NCBI GenBank assembly: GCA_035392545.1
Contig: DAONMJ010000001.1
Location: 1 to 61,312, forward strand
DNA length: 61,312 bases
Source: a bacterium
Lineage (GTDB): Bacteria > Ratteibacteria > UBA8468 > B48-G9 > DTJG01
Direction: 5' to 3'
Made by a program: the position numbers and the translations under genes. The notes under the pieces are model-generated. The model ran no database searches and was not told the DNA's origin. It saw nothing but the letters and a program-made list of their open reading frames with translations. Below are positions 47,883 through 57,217 of this stretch, piece after piece (position 1 is the first letter of the stretch; every line of letters starts with the position of its first letter).

Positions 47883-48644
47883 ATGCTTGCAAAAAGAATA
47901 ATTCCCTGCCTGGATGTCAAAGATGGAAACGTGGTAAAAGGAATCCATTTTGAAAATCTTAAACATGCAGGAGAAGTGGTAGACCTTGCAAGGTATTATA
48001 GCAATGAAGGAGCAGATGAACTTGTATTTCTTGACATCAGTGCAACATCTGAAGGACGTAAAACATTAAAAAATCTGGTTAAAAAAGTTGCATCAAATAT
48101 TTCTATACCATTTACAGTGGGAGGCGGTATCAAAACAATCGATGATATTCTCGTTCTATTAGAAAATGGAGCCGATAAGGTTTCCATTAACACCAATGCG
48201 GTAAAAAATCCAAATATCATTTGTGAAGCCGCAAAAAAATTTGGAAGTCAATGTATTGTCATCGCAATTGATGCGAAAAGGATAGCAGCTAATCGATGGA
48301 ATGTCTATATCGAATCCGGAAAAATTGCCACAGAAATCAATGTGCAAGAATGGGCAAAAAAAGTTGAGGACCTCGGTGCAGGAGAAATTCTTCTTACAAG
48401 TATTGACACTGATGGTACACTGACCGGATATGATTTTCAATTGACCCATACAATTACAAAAACAGTAAAAATCCCGGTAATCGCTTCAGGAGGAGCGGGT
48501 TCGCTCGAACACCTTTACAGGGTACTTGCTGAGAGTAATGCTTCAGCGGTATTGCTTGCATCTTTGCTTCACTTCAAAACATTTACAATAAAACAAATAA
48601 AAAAATTCCTGGCGGAAAAAAATATTCCTGTGCGACTGAACTAA
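47883..48644 (+). CDS. hisF: imidazole glycerol phosphate synthase, cyclase subunit
   Basis: MLAKRIIPCLDVKDGNVVKG, GADELVFLDISA, FTVGGGI, GADKVSINTNAV, GAGEILLTSIDTDGT and VIASGGAG are present. The product is 253 aa. Confidence 0.9.
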   Translation: MLAKRIIPCLDVKDGNVVKGIHFENLKHAGEVVDLARYYSNEGADELVFLDISATSEGRKTLKNLVKKVASNISIPFTVGGGIKTIDDILVLLENGADKVSINTNAVKNPNIICEAAKKFGSQCIVIAIDAKRIAANRWNVYIESGKIATEINVQEWAKKVEDLGAGEILLTSIDTDGTLTGYDFQLTHTITKTVKIPVIASGGAGSLEHLYRVLAESNASAVLLASLLHFKTFTIKQIKKFLAEKNIPVRLN

Positions 48645-48650
48645 AATACC

Positions 48651-49724
48651 ATGAAAATTCTTATTCTGGATGATGGTATACCTGGCAATACCAATCAATC
48701 TGTTGGAGTCGCTGAAGCAACAGGTTACGAATTCCATATTTTGCCAGTAAACTTAAAGGGATTATCATATAAACTGCCAGGAAGAAAAGGTTCAACAAAA
48801 ATTGCATCAAAACTCATCGGCTCTTTATTAAAAGTTAATGCCTACAGATGGGCTGATTTTGTTCTCAAAATATCTTCAAAAACTGATATACCGGCAGAAA
48901 AATTTGATATTGTAATTTCTGCAGGTTCTTTCCTTGCGCCCATCAACCTTGTTATTTCCAGAAAAGTTGGTGCAAAGGCAATCAGCATCATGACACCTGA
49001 AATGACCCCACTGAAACAATTCGACCTCTTGATTGTGCCGGTACATGATACCCTTCGTTATCCTTTTCTTGCTAAACTGCAAAACTTATTTGTGACAATT
49101 GGAGCACCAAATAGAATCAATGCCGATTTACTGAAATCCGCAATGTCAAAAATGCTTAACAAAATAAAAATACCTGAAACACCTAAAATAGGCGTTATCA
49201 TAGGGGGCAATGATCAGAATTATTTTATAGATATCGAATGGGCACGCAAACTTCTATCCTTATTGAAAATGCTGGCAGAAAGAAAGTTTGTTTTTTTTCT
49301 CACAACTTCAAGAAGAACACCCGCAAACGTCGTTCATTTTTTGAAAGAAAAAACTAATATTGACAATTTTGTTTATCGGGAATTTCCAGGCATAAGTCCT
49401 GATTCACACTATTTTGGAATTCTGGGAATCTGTGATATTCTTTTTGTTACCGAAGATAGTATTACAATGATGTCTGAGGTGTGTTCGACCGGAAAACCTG
49501 TTATCATTCTGGGTACTGGCAGAAAGAAAAGAAACATTGTTTTTGATACAACCATAGAAACTCTTGTTAAAAACAAATATTGTTTGCACGTACCGGTTGA
49601 TAAATTTGAACAAATTCCAGACATTTTATTAAAAATTTCTAATGAGAACCCTTTTCCCATTCTGGAAGATTCAAAACAATGCGCAAAGAGAATTATAGAA
49701 CTGGTGAATCAGGAAGGATCCTGA
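48651..49724 (+). CDS. ELM1/DUF1022 family protein (GT-B-like; function in bacteria unknown)
   Basis: MKILILDDGIPGNTNQSVGVAEA, FDLLIVPVHD, IGVIIGGN, LTTSRRTP and FVTEDSITMMSEVCSTGKPV match the bacterial ELM1-like (PF06258) pattern as I recall it. Confidence 0.65.
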   Translation: MKILILDDGIPGNTNQSVGVAEATGYEFHILPVNLKGLSYKLPGRKGSTKIASKLIGSLLKVNAYRWADFVLKISSKTDIPAEKFDIVISAGSFLAPINLVISRKVGAKAISIMTPEMTPLKQFDLLIVPVHDTLRYPFLAKLQNLFVTIGAPNRINADLLKSAMSKMLNKIKIPETPKIGVIIGGNDQNYFIDIEWARKLLSLLKMLAERKFVFFLTTSRRTPANVVHFLKEKTNIDNFVYREFPGISPDSHYFGILGICDILFVTEDSITMMSEVCSTGKPVIILGTGRKKRNIVFDTTIETLVKNKYCLHVPVDKFEQIPDILLKISNENPFPILEDSKQCAKRIIELVNQEGS

Positions 49725-50692
49725 TTATTGACGGAACTGACATTGAAAACTGTCTATTATTGACACCTGTCATAAGGCAAATAAAAGAACAGGATAGTTG
49801 CCTCAAAATTGATGTTGTTGCGACAACCAGCTCAGAAAAATTCCTGAAAGAGTATAAATGGTTTGACAGAATCATTGTGCATAAGAAAACAGGGTTTTTT
49901 AAAACCTATAAGTCCCTGTATTCAGAAAGATATAGAATCATCATATCGTTTCATCCATCAATAATTCCTTATATTTTGCGTGCAAAAACGAAGTTAAATT
50001 CTTTAAAAACAAGGATTTTTACTGACAGGTTTTTTACGCACGAAAGTATTAACTTTTTACGATTGATTGAACCACTGTTCGGGAAACCCGTCAGGGTTGA
50101 ACTATTTTTTCCTATTTCCGAAACTGATAGAGAAAAAGTGAAAGAATTTTTAAAGTCAAAAAACATAAGCAATTCATCAACATTGATTGCCCTTCATACA
50201 GGTGATAAAGATGCTCCGGATAAGTGGAATATTTCCAACTATATCGAAGTTTGTGACACTCTTATTGAAGAGTATAATGCGAAAATTCTTATTTTCGGAA
50301 ATGCTGGCGATTCCGTCATTGGTAAAATCATTAGTTCAACAAAGTATCCGCATGATATTATTGACCTGTCACAAATAGAAAATTTTCGTGAGATGGCTGC
50401 GTTTTTGTCCAGGGCCAATCTGGCAATCACGCGAAACGGCTTTTTCCTGTACCTTGCCTGTGCTGTCAAAACACCTGTTGTTACCATTTTTGGGGCAGGA
50501 AACCCATATAGGTTTGGTCCTGTAGGAACACGATATATAAATATACACAGTCAACTGGATTGTTTCCCTTGCAGTAAAAAGCGTAAATGTAATAAAAACT
50601 ATCAATGCATCAAAAGTATAACTTCTGATGCTGTTATTGAAGCCGCCCGTCTTATTCTTGATGAAAACAAGCAACTATACCTGTTTGAATAG
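49679..50692 (+). CDS. glycosyltransferase family 9 (LPS heptosyltransferase-like)
   Basis: ILIIDGTDIENCLLLTPVIRQIK, IALHTGDKDAPDKWN, AITRNGFFLYLACAVKTPVVTIFG and the C-terminal Cys motif CFPCSKKRKCNKNYQCIKSI are present. Confidence 0.75.
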   Translation: MRKENYRTGESGRILIIDGTDIENCLLLTPVIRQIKEQDSCLKIDVVATTSSEKFLKEYKWFDRIIVHKKTGFFKTYKSLYSERYRIIISFHPSIIPYILRAKTKLNSLKTRIFTDRFFTHESINFLRLIEPLFGKPVRVELFFPISETDREKVKEFLKSKNISNSSTLIALHTGDKDAPDKWNISNYIEVCDTLIEEYNAKILIFGNAGDSVIGKIISSTKYPHDIIDLSQIENFREMAAFLSRANLAITRNGFFLYLACAVKTPVVTIFGAGNPYRFGPVGTRYINIHSQLDCFPCSKKRKCNKNYQCIKSITSDAVIEAARLILDENKQLYLFE

Positions 50693-50693
50693 C

Positions 50694-51767
50694 ATGAAGA
50701 TCTTTCTGATGCTTCCTGAAATGCATCTTGGTGGTGTAGAAGAAGGCACATTTGACCTTGCATGCGGTATGAAAAGGATGGGTATTGAAGTCACCATTAT
50801 TTCAGGACCAGGTAGTTATATCCCTTTAATGGAAAAAGAAAATATCAATTGGTTTAACCTGCCAACGAATAAAAAAACCCCAGTTATTTTTTGGAAATCT
50901 CTGAAAGTTTTACAAAAACTTATTGCCGATGAAAAACCGGATATTTTACACTGCAGAAGCAGATTCCCTGCATGGATTGGTTATTATGCACTATCATCAA
51001 AACAACAAAAAACAAAATTCGTAACAAGTATACATGGATTTTATGGCTCCTCATTCTATAGTAAAATCATGGGTAAGGGCGAAAGAGTAATTGTAATAAG
51101 CGATACACTTGGTGAATTTGCCATTAAAAAATTGGGAGCAGACCCACATCGTGTTCGTGTTGTACATAATGGAATAAGATTTGAACCCTATATTAACCTT
51201 TCTTATAAAAAACATTCTGGATTTATCATAGGATGCATCGGAAGACTGACGAAATTAAAAGGATTTCAGTATCTTATTCAAGCAGTCGCGATTGCGAAAC
51301 AAAATGTACCCAACATAAAAATTCATATCATAGGAGATGGCCCGTACAAAAAAAATCTTGAATATCTTGGTAAAAAACTTGGTGTCACAACATTATTTTT
51401 GAAGGGAAGGGCATCTGACTTTTTACCTGAAATTGATCTGCTTGTGGCGCCCCATATAGAAACTGAAACATTAAAAAAAAACATTATCCCATGGCTTGGT
51501 AGGAGTGTTTATGAAGCACAGCTGGCAGGCATTCCAGTTTTAACTACCCTGAATGGTATAGAAAAAGGAACATTCATCAAAACAAAAACAGAACTACTCA
51601 CAGCACCATGTGATATTGAAGCGATGGCAAAAGCGATTATATTCGTCATTCAAAATCCTGAGGAATCAAAGCACATTGCAACAAACGGCAAAGAATTTGT
51701 GATGAACCATTTCTCCATTCAACAAATGGTGGAAAAAACTGTACAGGTTTATCAGGAATTACTCTAA
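50694..51767 (+). CDS. glycosyltransferase, GT4 family
   Basis: From ATG 50694 the product reads MKIFLMLPEMHLGGVEEGTFDLA, followed by CIGRLTKLKGFQYL and YEAQLAGIPVLTTLNG. The track start at 50628 lies inside the previous gene. Confidence 0.8.
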   Translation: MKIFLMLPEMHLGGVEEGTFDLACGMKRMGIEVTIISGPGSYIPLMEKENINWFNLPTNKKTPVIFWKSLKVLQKLIADEKPDILHCRSRFPAWIGYYALSSKQQKTKFVTSIHGFYGSSFYSKIMGKGERVIVISDTLGEFAIKKLGADPHRVRVVHNGIRFEPYINLSYKKHSGFIIGCIGRLTKLKGFQYLIQAVAIAKQNVPNIKIHIIGDGPYKKNLEYLGKKLGVTTLFLKGRASDFLPEIDLLVAPHIETETLKKNIIPWLGRSVYEAQLAGIPVLTTLNGIEKGTFIKTKTELLTAPCDIEAMAKAIIFVIQNPEESKHIATNGKEFVMNHFSIQQMVEKTVQVYQELL

Positions 51768-51774
51768 GTTAAAC

Positions 51775-52782
51775 ATGAAACAGATACTCTTGATGAAAAC
51801 AGGCGCATTTGGAGACATGGCGCTTTTTTCTATTTCAATCAATGCAGTTTCAATGGCTTTTCCTGATGCACAACTTTATCTTCTTACCAGTTCATCATAT
51901 GCCGAAATGTACAAAGATTGTCCCATGATCAAAAAAGTGTTTACTCTGCCGGCATCCAGAAACCCTTTACCATTCATAAACATTGTAAGAACCCTTCGTA
52001 AAAAAAAGTTTGATGTTATATTTGACTTACAGGGAAATTTGAAAACAAATTTCCTGGCCTTTCTACTGGGAAGCAAACAAAGAGTGGGTATTTATAAAAA
52101 ACCAATAGGCAAACTTTTTCTCACTGAGGGCATAAAAAAACTTCACAATGTCAATGCAATAGAATCTCAGGTACAATTCTGGAAGAAGTTTACAAACAAA
52201 CCTGTTGGGAAAAAATTACAAATATGGATTTCTGATGAAAAACGAAAAAATCTAAAAAATTATCTTGATGTACATAAACTGGTTATTAATCGATACATTG
52301 TATTTCATACATCGGCATCACACAAGTGGAAAACAAAACTCTGGCCAATAAATCACTGGATAAACCTTGGAATGTCCCTTGCAAAAAAAGGGTTTGATAT
52401 CGTTCTTGTGGGAGATAAAAATGCCATGAGAATAAACACCGTGATAGCAAATAAAATAGGCACAAATGTTATTGACCTATCAGGAAAAACAGATTTTTTT
52501 ACACTGGCTTTTGTTATCGAAAATGCAGCATTGCTTATCACAACAGATAGTGGTCCCATGCATGTCGGGGCTGCCACCGGTACCAGAACAGTTGCTATCT
52601 TTGGGCCAACAGACCCACGATATCATTGCCCTTCAGGAATAACATTTATCCAGGCGAATAATGTCTGCCCTCCCTGTTACAAAAAACAATGTGAGCATCA
52701 TACCTGCATGAAATCAATTTCACCGCAATATATACTGAATGTAATCAAAGTTGAAAATGAACAAATACATTGTATAATTTAG
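51775..52782 (+). CDS. glycosyltransferase family 9 (LPS heptosyltransferase-like)
   Basis: ILLMKTGAFGDMALFSISINAV, FHTSASHKWKTKLWPINHW, ITTDSGPMHVGAATGTRTVAIFGPTDP and CPPCYKKQCEHHTCMKSI are present. Confidence 0.8.
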   Translation: MKQILLMKTGAFGDMALFSISINAVSMAFPDAQLYLLTSSSYAEMYKDCPMIKKVFTLPASRNPLPFINIVRTLRKKKFDVIFDLQGNLKTNFLAFLLGSKQRVGIYKKPIGKLFLTEGIKKLHNVNAIESQVQFWKKFTNKPVGKKLQIWISDEKRKNLKNYLDVHKLVINRYIVFHTSASHKWKTKLWPINHWINLGMSLAKKGFDIVLVGDKNAMRINTVIANKIGTNVIDLSGKTDFFTLAFVIENAALLITTDSGPMHVGAATGTRTVAIFGPTDPRYHCPSGITFIQANNVCPPCYKKQCEHHTCMKSISPQYILNVIKVENEQIHCII

Positions 52783-52784
52783 CA

Positions 52785-53525
52785 ATGAAAAATATATCTG
52801 GAATTATACTTGCTGGTGGAAAAAGTTCTCGCTACGGACAGGCACAATATAAATTTCTTGTTGAGTATCAGGGTAAACCATTAATCACTAAAATTATTGG
52901 AGCAATTCAAAATGTGGTTGGTAAAATTGTTATTGTGATCAGTCCCCATGCCTGTCAGACAAAACAAATCCTTAGCAATTTCAATAATATTGAATATGTA
53001 ATTCAGGATAGGCCCCTGGGAACAGGACACGCACTTTTGTCCACGCACAGTATTTTTGAAAACACTGATCGAACACTCCTCGTAACATATGCGGATAAAC
53101 CCTTAGTTACAACAGCAACGTTCAAAAAACTTGTTGACCAGCACATACAAAACAATGCAGACATTACTATAGCTACAACAATTTTACCTAATCCAGGAAG
53201 CAAAGGAAGAGTAATAAGAATAGACGGAAGATTCGCAGGTGTTATAGAAGCAAAGGATGCAGATGAAACGACGCTTCAAATTAAAGAGGTCAACGCGGGA
53301 TTCATTGTTTGTGAATCAAGATCAATTTATAATGAGTTGCGAAAAATAAAAAACAACAACGCTGCGGGTGAGTATTATCTAACAGATGTCTACGCAGAAT
53401 ATATTGAAGACGGTTTGAAAGTTCAGACAGTGGAAATACCGGCTGAAGAAAGTTGTGATATTAATACGATTGAAGAATTCAAAAGGATAGAAGAATGGAT
53501 AAAAACTGTCAGGACAAAAGTATAA
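52785..53525 (+). CDS. sugar-1-phosphate nucleotidyltransferase resembling the GlmU N-terminal uridylyltransferase domain (no LbH acetyltransferase domain)
   Basis: IILAGGKSSRYG, QDRPLGTGHAL, VTYADKPLV, IEAKDADETTLQIKEVNAGF and NNNAAGEYYLTDV follow the GlmU pyrophosphorylase domain. The product is only ~247 aa. Start ATG 52785 is preferred over 52770. Confidence 0.78.
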   Translation: MKNISGIILAGGKSSRYGQAQYKFLVEYQGKPLITKIIGAIQNVVGKIVIVISPHACQTKQILSNFNNIEYVIQDRPLGTGHALLSTHSIFENTDRTLLVTYADKPLVTTATFKKLVDQHIQNNADITIATTILPNPGSKGRVIRIDGRFAGVIEAKDADETTLQIKEVNAGFIVCESRSIYNELRKIKNNNAAGEYYLTDVYAEYIEDGLKVQTVEIPAEESCDINTIEEFKRIEEWIKTVRTKV

Positions 53526-54499
53526 CAAACAAAGCACAAATAGGGGTTATTGGGGGAGGATACTGGGGCAAAAATTTGATACGAGTTTTTTATCAGCTTG
53601 GTGTGCTTAAATTTATATGTGATTCAAATGAAGAGTTGATGGCAAATTATAGAAATAATTATCCGGATGTTTTTTTTACCACTCAGCCTGAAGAACTCAT
53701 CAAAAAAAATGACATAGATGCAATAGTGATTGCAACACCTGCATCTACCCATTACAGTATAGCAAAAATATCGCTGGAGCATAATAAACATGTTTTCTGC
53801 GAAAAACCACTTGCCTTAACCGTAAAGGAGGGAGAAGACCTTTCAAGAATTGCTGAAGAAAAAAATCTTATATTAATGGTCGGCCATATTCTCCATTATC
53901 ATCCTGCGATAAAAAAATTAAAGCAGATTATAAGAAATAAAGAACTTGGCGACATTGAATATATGTATTCAAATAGAACAAACATCGGAAGAATAAGACA
54001 CGAAGAAAACATTTTGTGGAGCTTCGCCCCACACGATATTTCCTTGATACTTTCCCTGGCTGGTTGCTTGCCAGCAAGGGTAATCGCCCACGGAGGTATA
54101 TTTCTTCCCCATGATGTGGAAGATGTCACACTCACCTTCCTTTCTTTTCCCAATAATGTGAAAGCACACATTTTTGTTTCCTGGTTAAACCCATTCAAAG
54201 AACAAAAATTCGTTGTGATAGGCACAAAAAAAATGGCTGTTTTCGATGATACAGAAAGGGACAATAAACTTGTACTTTATCAACATAAAATCTCGTGGAA
54301 AGAAAACGATATTCCATTAATAGAAAAGGCTGAAGCAGAAATTGTTGAAACAGAAAAAACAGAACCCTTGAAAGAGGAGGCAGAACATTTCATCCATTGT
54401 ATCGAAACAAAGGAAAAACCACTTACAGATGCTCAGGAAGCATTGAATGTACTGAAAGTCCTCGAAATGGCTGAACATTCATTAAAGGAGTCAAGATGA
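53495..54499 (+). CDS. Gfo/Idh/MocA oxidoreductase, WlbA/WbpB-like (nucleotide-sugar 3-dehydrogenase candidate)
   Basis: The Rossmann segment [12 protein letters not shown] and EKPLA ([10 protein letters not shown]) are present. Specificity is inferred from adjacency to WlbB- and WlbC-like genes. Confidence 0.7.
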   Translation: MDKNCQDKSITNKAQIGVIGGGYWGKNLIRVFYQLGVLKFICDSNEELMANYRNNYPDVFFTTQPEELIKKNDIDAIVIATPASTHYSIAKISLEHNKHVFCEKPLALTVKEGEDLSRIAEEKNLILMVGHILHYHPAIKKLKQIIRNKELGDIEYMYSNRTNIGRIRHEENILWSFAPHDISLILSLAGCLPARVIAHGGIFLPHDVEDVTLTFLSFPNNVKAHIFVSWLNPFKEQKFVVIGTKKMAVFDDTERDNKLVLYQHKISWKENDIPLIEKAEAEIVETEKTEPLKEEAEHFIHCIETKEKPLTDAQEALNVLKVLEMAEHSLKESR

Positions 54500-55074
54500 A
54501 AGATTACTTCATACATCCATCTTCATTTATTGATGATAACGTTGTGATAGGCAAGGGTACTAAAATATGGCATTTTTGTCATATACTTTCCAATACAAAA
54601 ATAGGCGATAATTGTATCCTGGGACAAAACGTAATGGCAGGACCCGATGTTATTATCGGGAATAATTGCAAAATTCAAAACAATGTTTCGCTTTACAAGG
54701 GAATATATCTTGAAGACGATGTTTTCTGCGGTCCATCATGTGTTTTCACAAATGTTATCAATCCAAGGGCATTTGTGGAAAGAAAACATGAATTCAAAAA
54801 CACCCTGGTAAAAAAAGGAGCCACTATAGGGGCAAACGCGACAATTGTATGTGGAAATACAATTGGCAAATACGCACTTATTGGAGCAGGTGCGGTTGTG
54901 ACGCACGATGTATGTGATTATGCACTGGTCGTTGGCGTACCCGCAAAACAGATAGGGTGGGTATGCAAATGTGGAGTAACACTTTCCCGTGGAAATGAAG
55001 AACTCAAATGCAAGGCGTGCGGAAATATTTATATCGTTGTCAATAATCAATTAGAACCTGTCTTAGAAAAATAG
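54496..55074 (+). CDS. left-handed beta-helix N-acetyltransferase, WlbB/WbpD-like
   Basis: [25 protein letters not shown]...[52 protein letters not shown]...[13 protein letters not shown]...[10 protein letters not shown] tracks the WlbB/WbpD 3-amino-sugar N-acetyltransferase pattern closely. Confidence 0.8.
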   Translation: MKDYFIHPSSFIDDNVVIGKGTKIWHFCHILSNTKIGDNCILGQNVMAGPDVIIGNNCKIQNNVSLYKGIYLEDDVFCGPSCVFTNVINPRAFVERKHEFKNTLVKKGATIGANATIVCGNTIGKYALIGAGAVVTHDVCDYALVVGVPAKQIGWVCKCGVTLSRGNEELKCKACGNIYIVVNNQLEPVLEK

Positions 55075-55082
55075 GAGCAAAT

Positions 55083-56225
55083 ATGAATGTTTCTATACTT
55101 GATCTTAAAAGAGAATACCAGTATATGAAAAATGATATTCTCAATGCCATCAACAAATGTCTTGAACACCAGTCATGGATTCTTGGTCCAGAAGTTAAAG
55201 AACTTGAGCAAAAAATTGCTGAATTCCTTGATATAAAATATTGTGTGGGGTGCTCATCTGGAACAGATGCCCTTGTGCTTGGACTGAGAGCAATTGCGAT
55301 TGAAAAGGGTATGGAATTTTTTTCTCCACATGACGAAATCATTACTACACCTTTCACATTTACTGCAACTGGTGATGCCATTTTACGAAGTGGCGCCACG
55401 CCAGTATTTGTAGATATTGAGCCGGATACTTTTAATATCAACCCAGAGTTTATTACAACATATTTGCAGTCAGAACACGGGAAAAACGTCAAGGGTATTA
55501 TTCCTGTGCACCTTTACGGCACACCATGTAATATGGATGCAATTATGAATATAGCACATCAATATGAAATTTTCGTTTTAGAAGATGTAGCCCAGGCATT
55601 CGGTGGAAGTTACGATAACAGCAAACTTGGCACAATTGGCGATATCGGAGCTTTCAGTTTTTTCCCGAGCAAAAATCTCGGTGGTTATGGAGATGGAGGT
55701 ATGGTCGCATGTCATAATGCATCCACAGAAAATATTATTAGAACTTTAATAAAACATGGAGGGAAAGACAAATATAATGTTGACCATATTGGTTATAATG
55801 CGAGACTTGATACCATTCAAGCAGCAATTCTTCTTGTTAAACTCATATACTTAGATGAATTCAATGAAAGGCGAAAAAAAATCGCACAACGATATAATCA
55901 AGAACTTTCTGAAATTAAAGAAGTAAAAGTTCCTATCTCTATTCAAGAAAGCGTTTTTCATCAGTATACAATCCGGGTAAAAAATGGAAAACGGGACCAA
56001 CTTCAGGCATTTCTCAAAGAAAAATGTATTGGAACAATGGTCTACTATCCATTTTGTTTGCATCAGATGAAACTTTTTCAGGGTAGGGCGAAGGTGCAGG
56101 GTAAAATGGAGCAAGCAGAAAAAGCAACCCAAGAAGTACTGAGTTTACCCATTGAACCATTGATGACAGAAGAAGAACAAACGTATGTAATAGACACCAT
56201 TAAAGAATTCTTTACAAAATCTTAA
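55083..56225 (+). CDS. DegT/DnrJ/EryC1/StrS aminotransferase, WlbC/WbpE-like
   Basis: ILDLKREYQYMKNDI, WILGPEVKELEQKIAEFL, GCSSGTDALVL, LEDVAQAFG and FSFFPSKNLGGYGDGG (PLP-lysine region) are present. Confidence 0.82.
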   Translation: MNVSILDLKREYQYMKNDILNAINKCLEHQSWILGPEVKELEQKIAEFLDIKYCVGCSSGTDALVLGLRAIAIEKGMEFFSPHDEIITTPFTFTATGDAILRSGATPVFVDIEPDTFNINPEFITTYLQSEHGKNVKGIIPVHLYGTPCNMDAIMNIAHQYEIFVLEDVAQAFGGSYDNSKLGTIGDIGAFSFFPSKNLGGYGDGGMVACHNASTENIIRTLIKHGGKDKYNVDHIGYNARLDTIQAAILLVKLIYLDEFNERRKKIAQRYNQELSEIKEVKVPISIQESVFHQYTIRVKNGKRDQLQAFLKEKCIGTMVYYPFCLHQMKLFQGRAKVQGKMEQAEKATQEVLSLPIEPLMTEEEQTYVIDTIKEFFTKS

Positions 56226-56246
56226 AATTCTAAAAAAGAGAAAAAG

Positions 56247-57215
56247 ATGATCACAAATAAGAAGTTTTTTATTACAGGGGGTTCAGGATTTATCGGAAGC
56301 AATTTGATTAAGAAACTTGTCAATTTCAATAACATTGTTGTCTATGATAATCTTTCAAGAAATGCTCTAAAACAATCTGAATTTCTTACTCACCCCAATC
56401 TACATATTATCCAGGGGGATATTCTTGATTATGAATTTCTAAAAACACACATATCCCAGGATATTAACTTTGTCATTCATATGGCAGCCATCGCGGGCGT
56501 TGATAATGTCATAAAAAATCCAACGAAAACAATAGAAGTTAACATGGTTGGTACCTATAATATATTGAAAGCTATAAAAGAACTGAATCTTTTTGATAGA
56601 ATTGAAAGATTTGTAAATTTTTCAACAAGCGAAGTGTTCGGAATCAATGCGTTCCGTGCAGAAGAGGAAGCGCCGATAAATCTTCAACCTGTTGGTGAGG
56701 CACGCTGGACATATGCAGTAAGCAAACTTACAGCAGAACACCTGACACATGGTTATCATAGACAGTTTGGACTTAAAACTGTGACATTGCGTCCATTTAA
56801 TATATATGGCCCGGGACAGGTTGGTGAAGGTGCCATTCACCAGTTTGTCATTCGTGCAATCAGAAATGAACCCATCACTATTCATGGAGAAGGTGATCAA
56901 ATAAGATCCTGGTGTTACATTGATGATATGATAGCAGGGATACTTCTGTGTCTCGAAAAGGAACAAGCAACAGGTGAGGTATTCAATATTGGAAATCCAA
57001 AAGGAACTATCACAATCCTTTCGCTGGCAGAAAAAATCATACAACTGGCTGAATCCTCTTCTCCTGTGCTTCATGTTTCCACTCCCCATGTTGACGTCAA
57101 TTTAAGAATCCCCAGCATTAACAAAGCCAGAGAAAAATTGGGTTTCGAACCTAAAGTAAATCTCAATGACGGAATTAAAAAAACTATCGAGTGGTATAAA
57201 AGTCAAATGAAGTAA
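56247..57215 (+). CDS. NAD-dependent epimerase/dehydratase (extended SDR), UDP-glucuronate decarboxylase/ArnA-C-terminal-like
   Basis: FFITGGSGFIGSNL and FSTSEVFG are present. The catalytic region GEARWTYAVSKLTAEHL resembles the ArnA/UXS pattern STSEVYG...RWxYxxSK. The specific activity is not provable from sequence alone. Confidence 0.78.
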   Translation: MITNKKFFITGGSGFIGSNLIKKLVNFNNIVVYDNLSRNALKQSEFLTHPNLHIIQGDILDYEFLKTHISQDINFVIHMAAIAGVDNVIKNPTKTIEVNMVGTYNILKAIKELNLFDRIERFVNFSTSEVFGINAFRAEEEAPINLQPVGEARWTYAVSKLTAEHLTHGYHRQFGLKTVTLRPFNIYGPGQVGEGAIHQFVIRAIRNEPITIHGEGDQIRSWCYIDDMIAGILLCLEKEQATGEVFNIGNPKGTITILSLAEKIIQLAESSSPVLHVSTPHVDVNLRIPSINKAREKLGFEPKVNLNDGIKKTIEWYKSQMK

Positions 57216-57217
57216 AT

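Noticed and set aside
47276-48644. hisH/hisF as WbuY/WbuZ-type glycan amidation partners of the upstream PP-loop protein
   Set aside because: HisF has the canonical KRIIPCLDVKDG, GADELVFLDISA and GADKVSINTNAV motifs, not the diverged WbuZ N-terminus as I recall it. The PP-loop protein also has a complete GuaA C-terminal dimerisation domain. I have kept this as a low-interest check rather than a claim.
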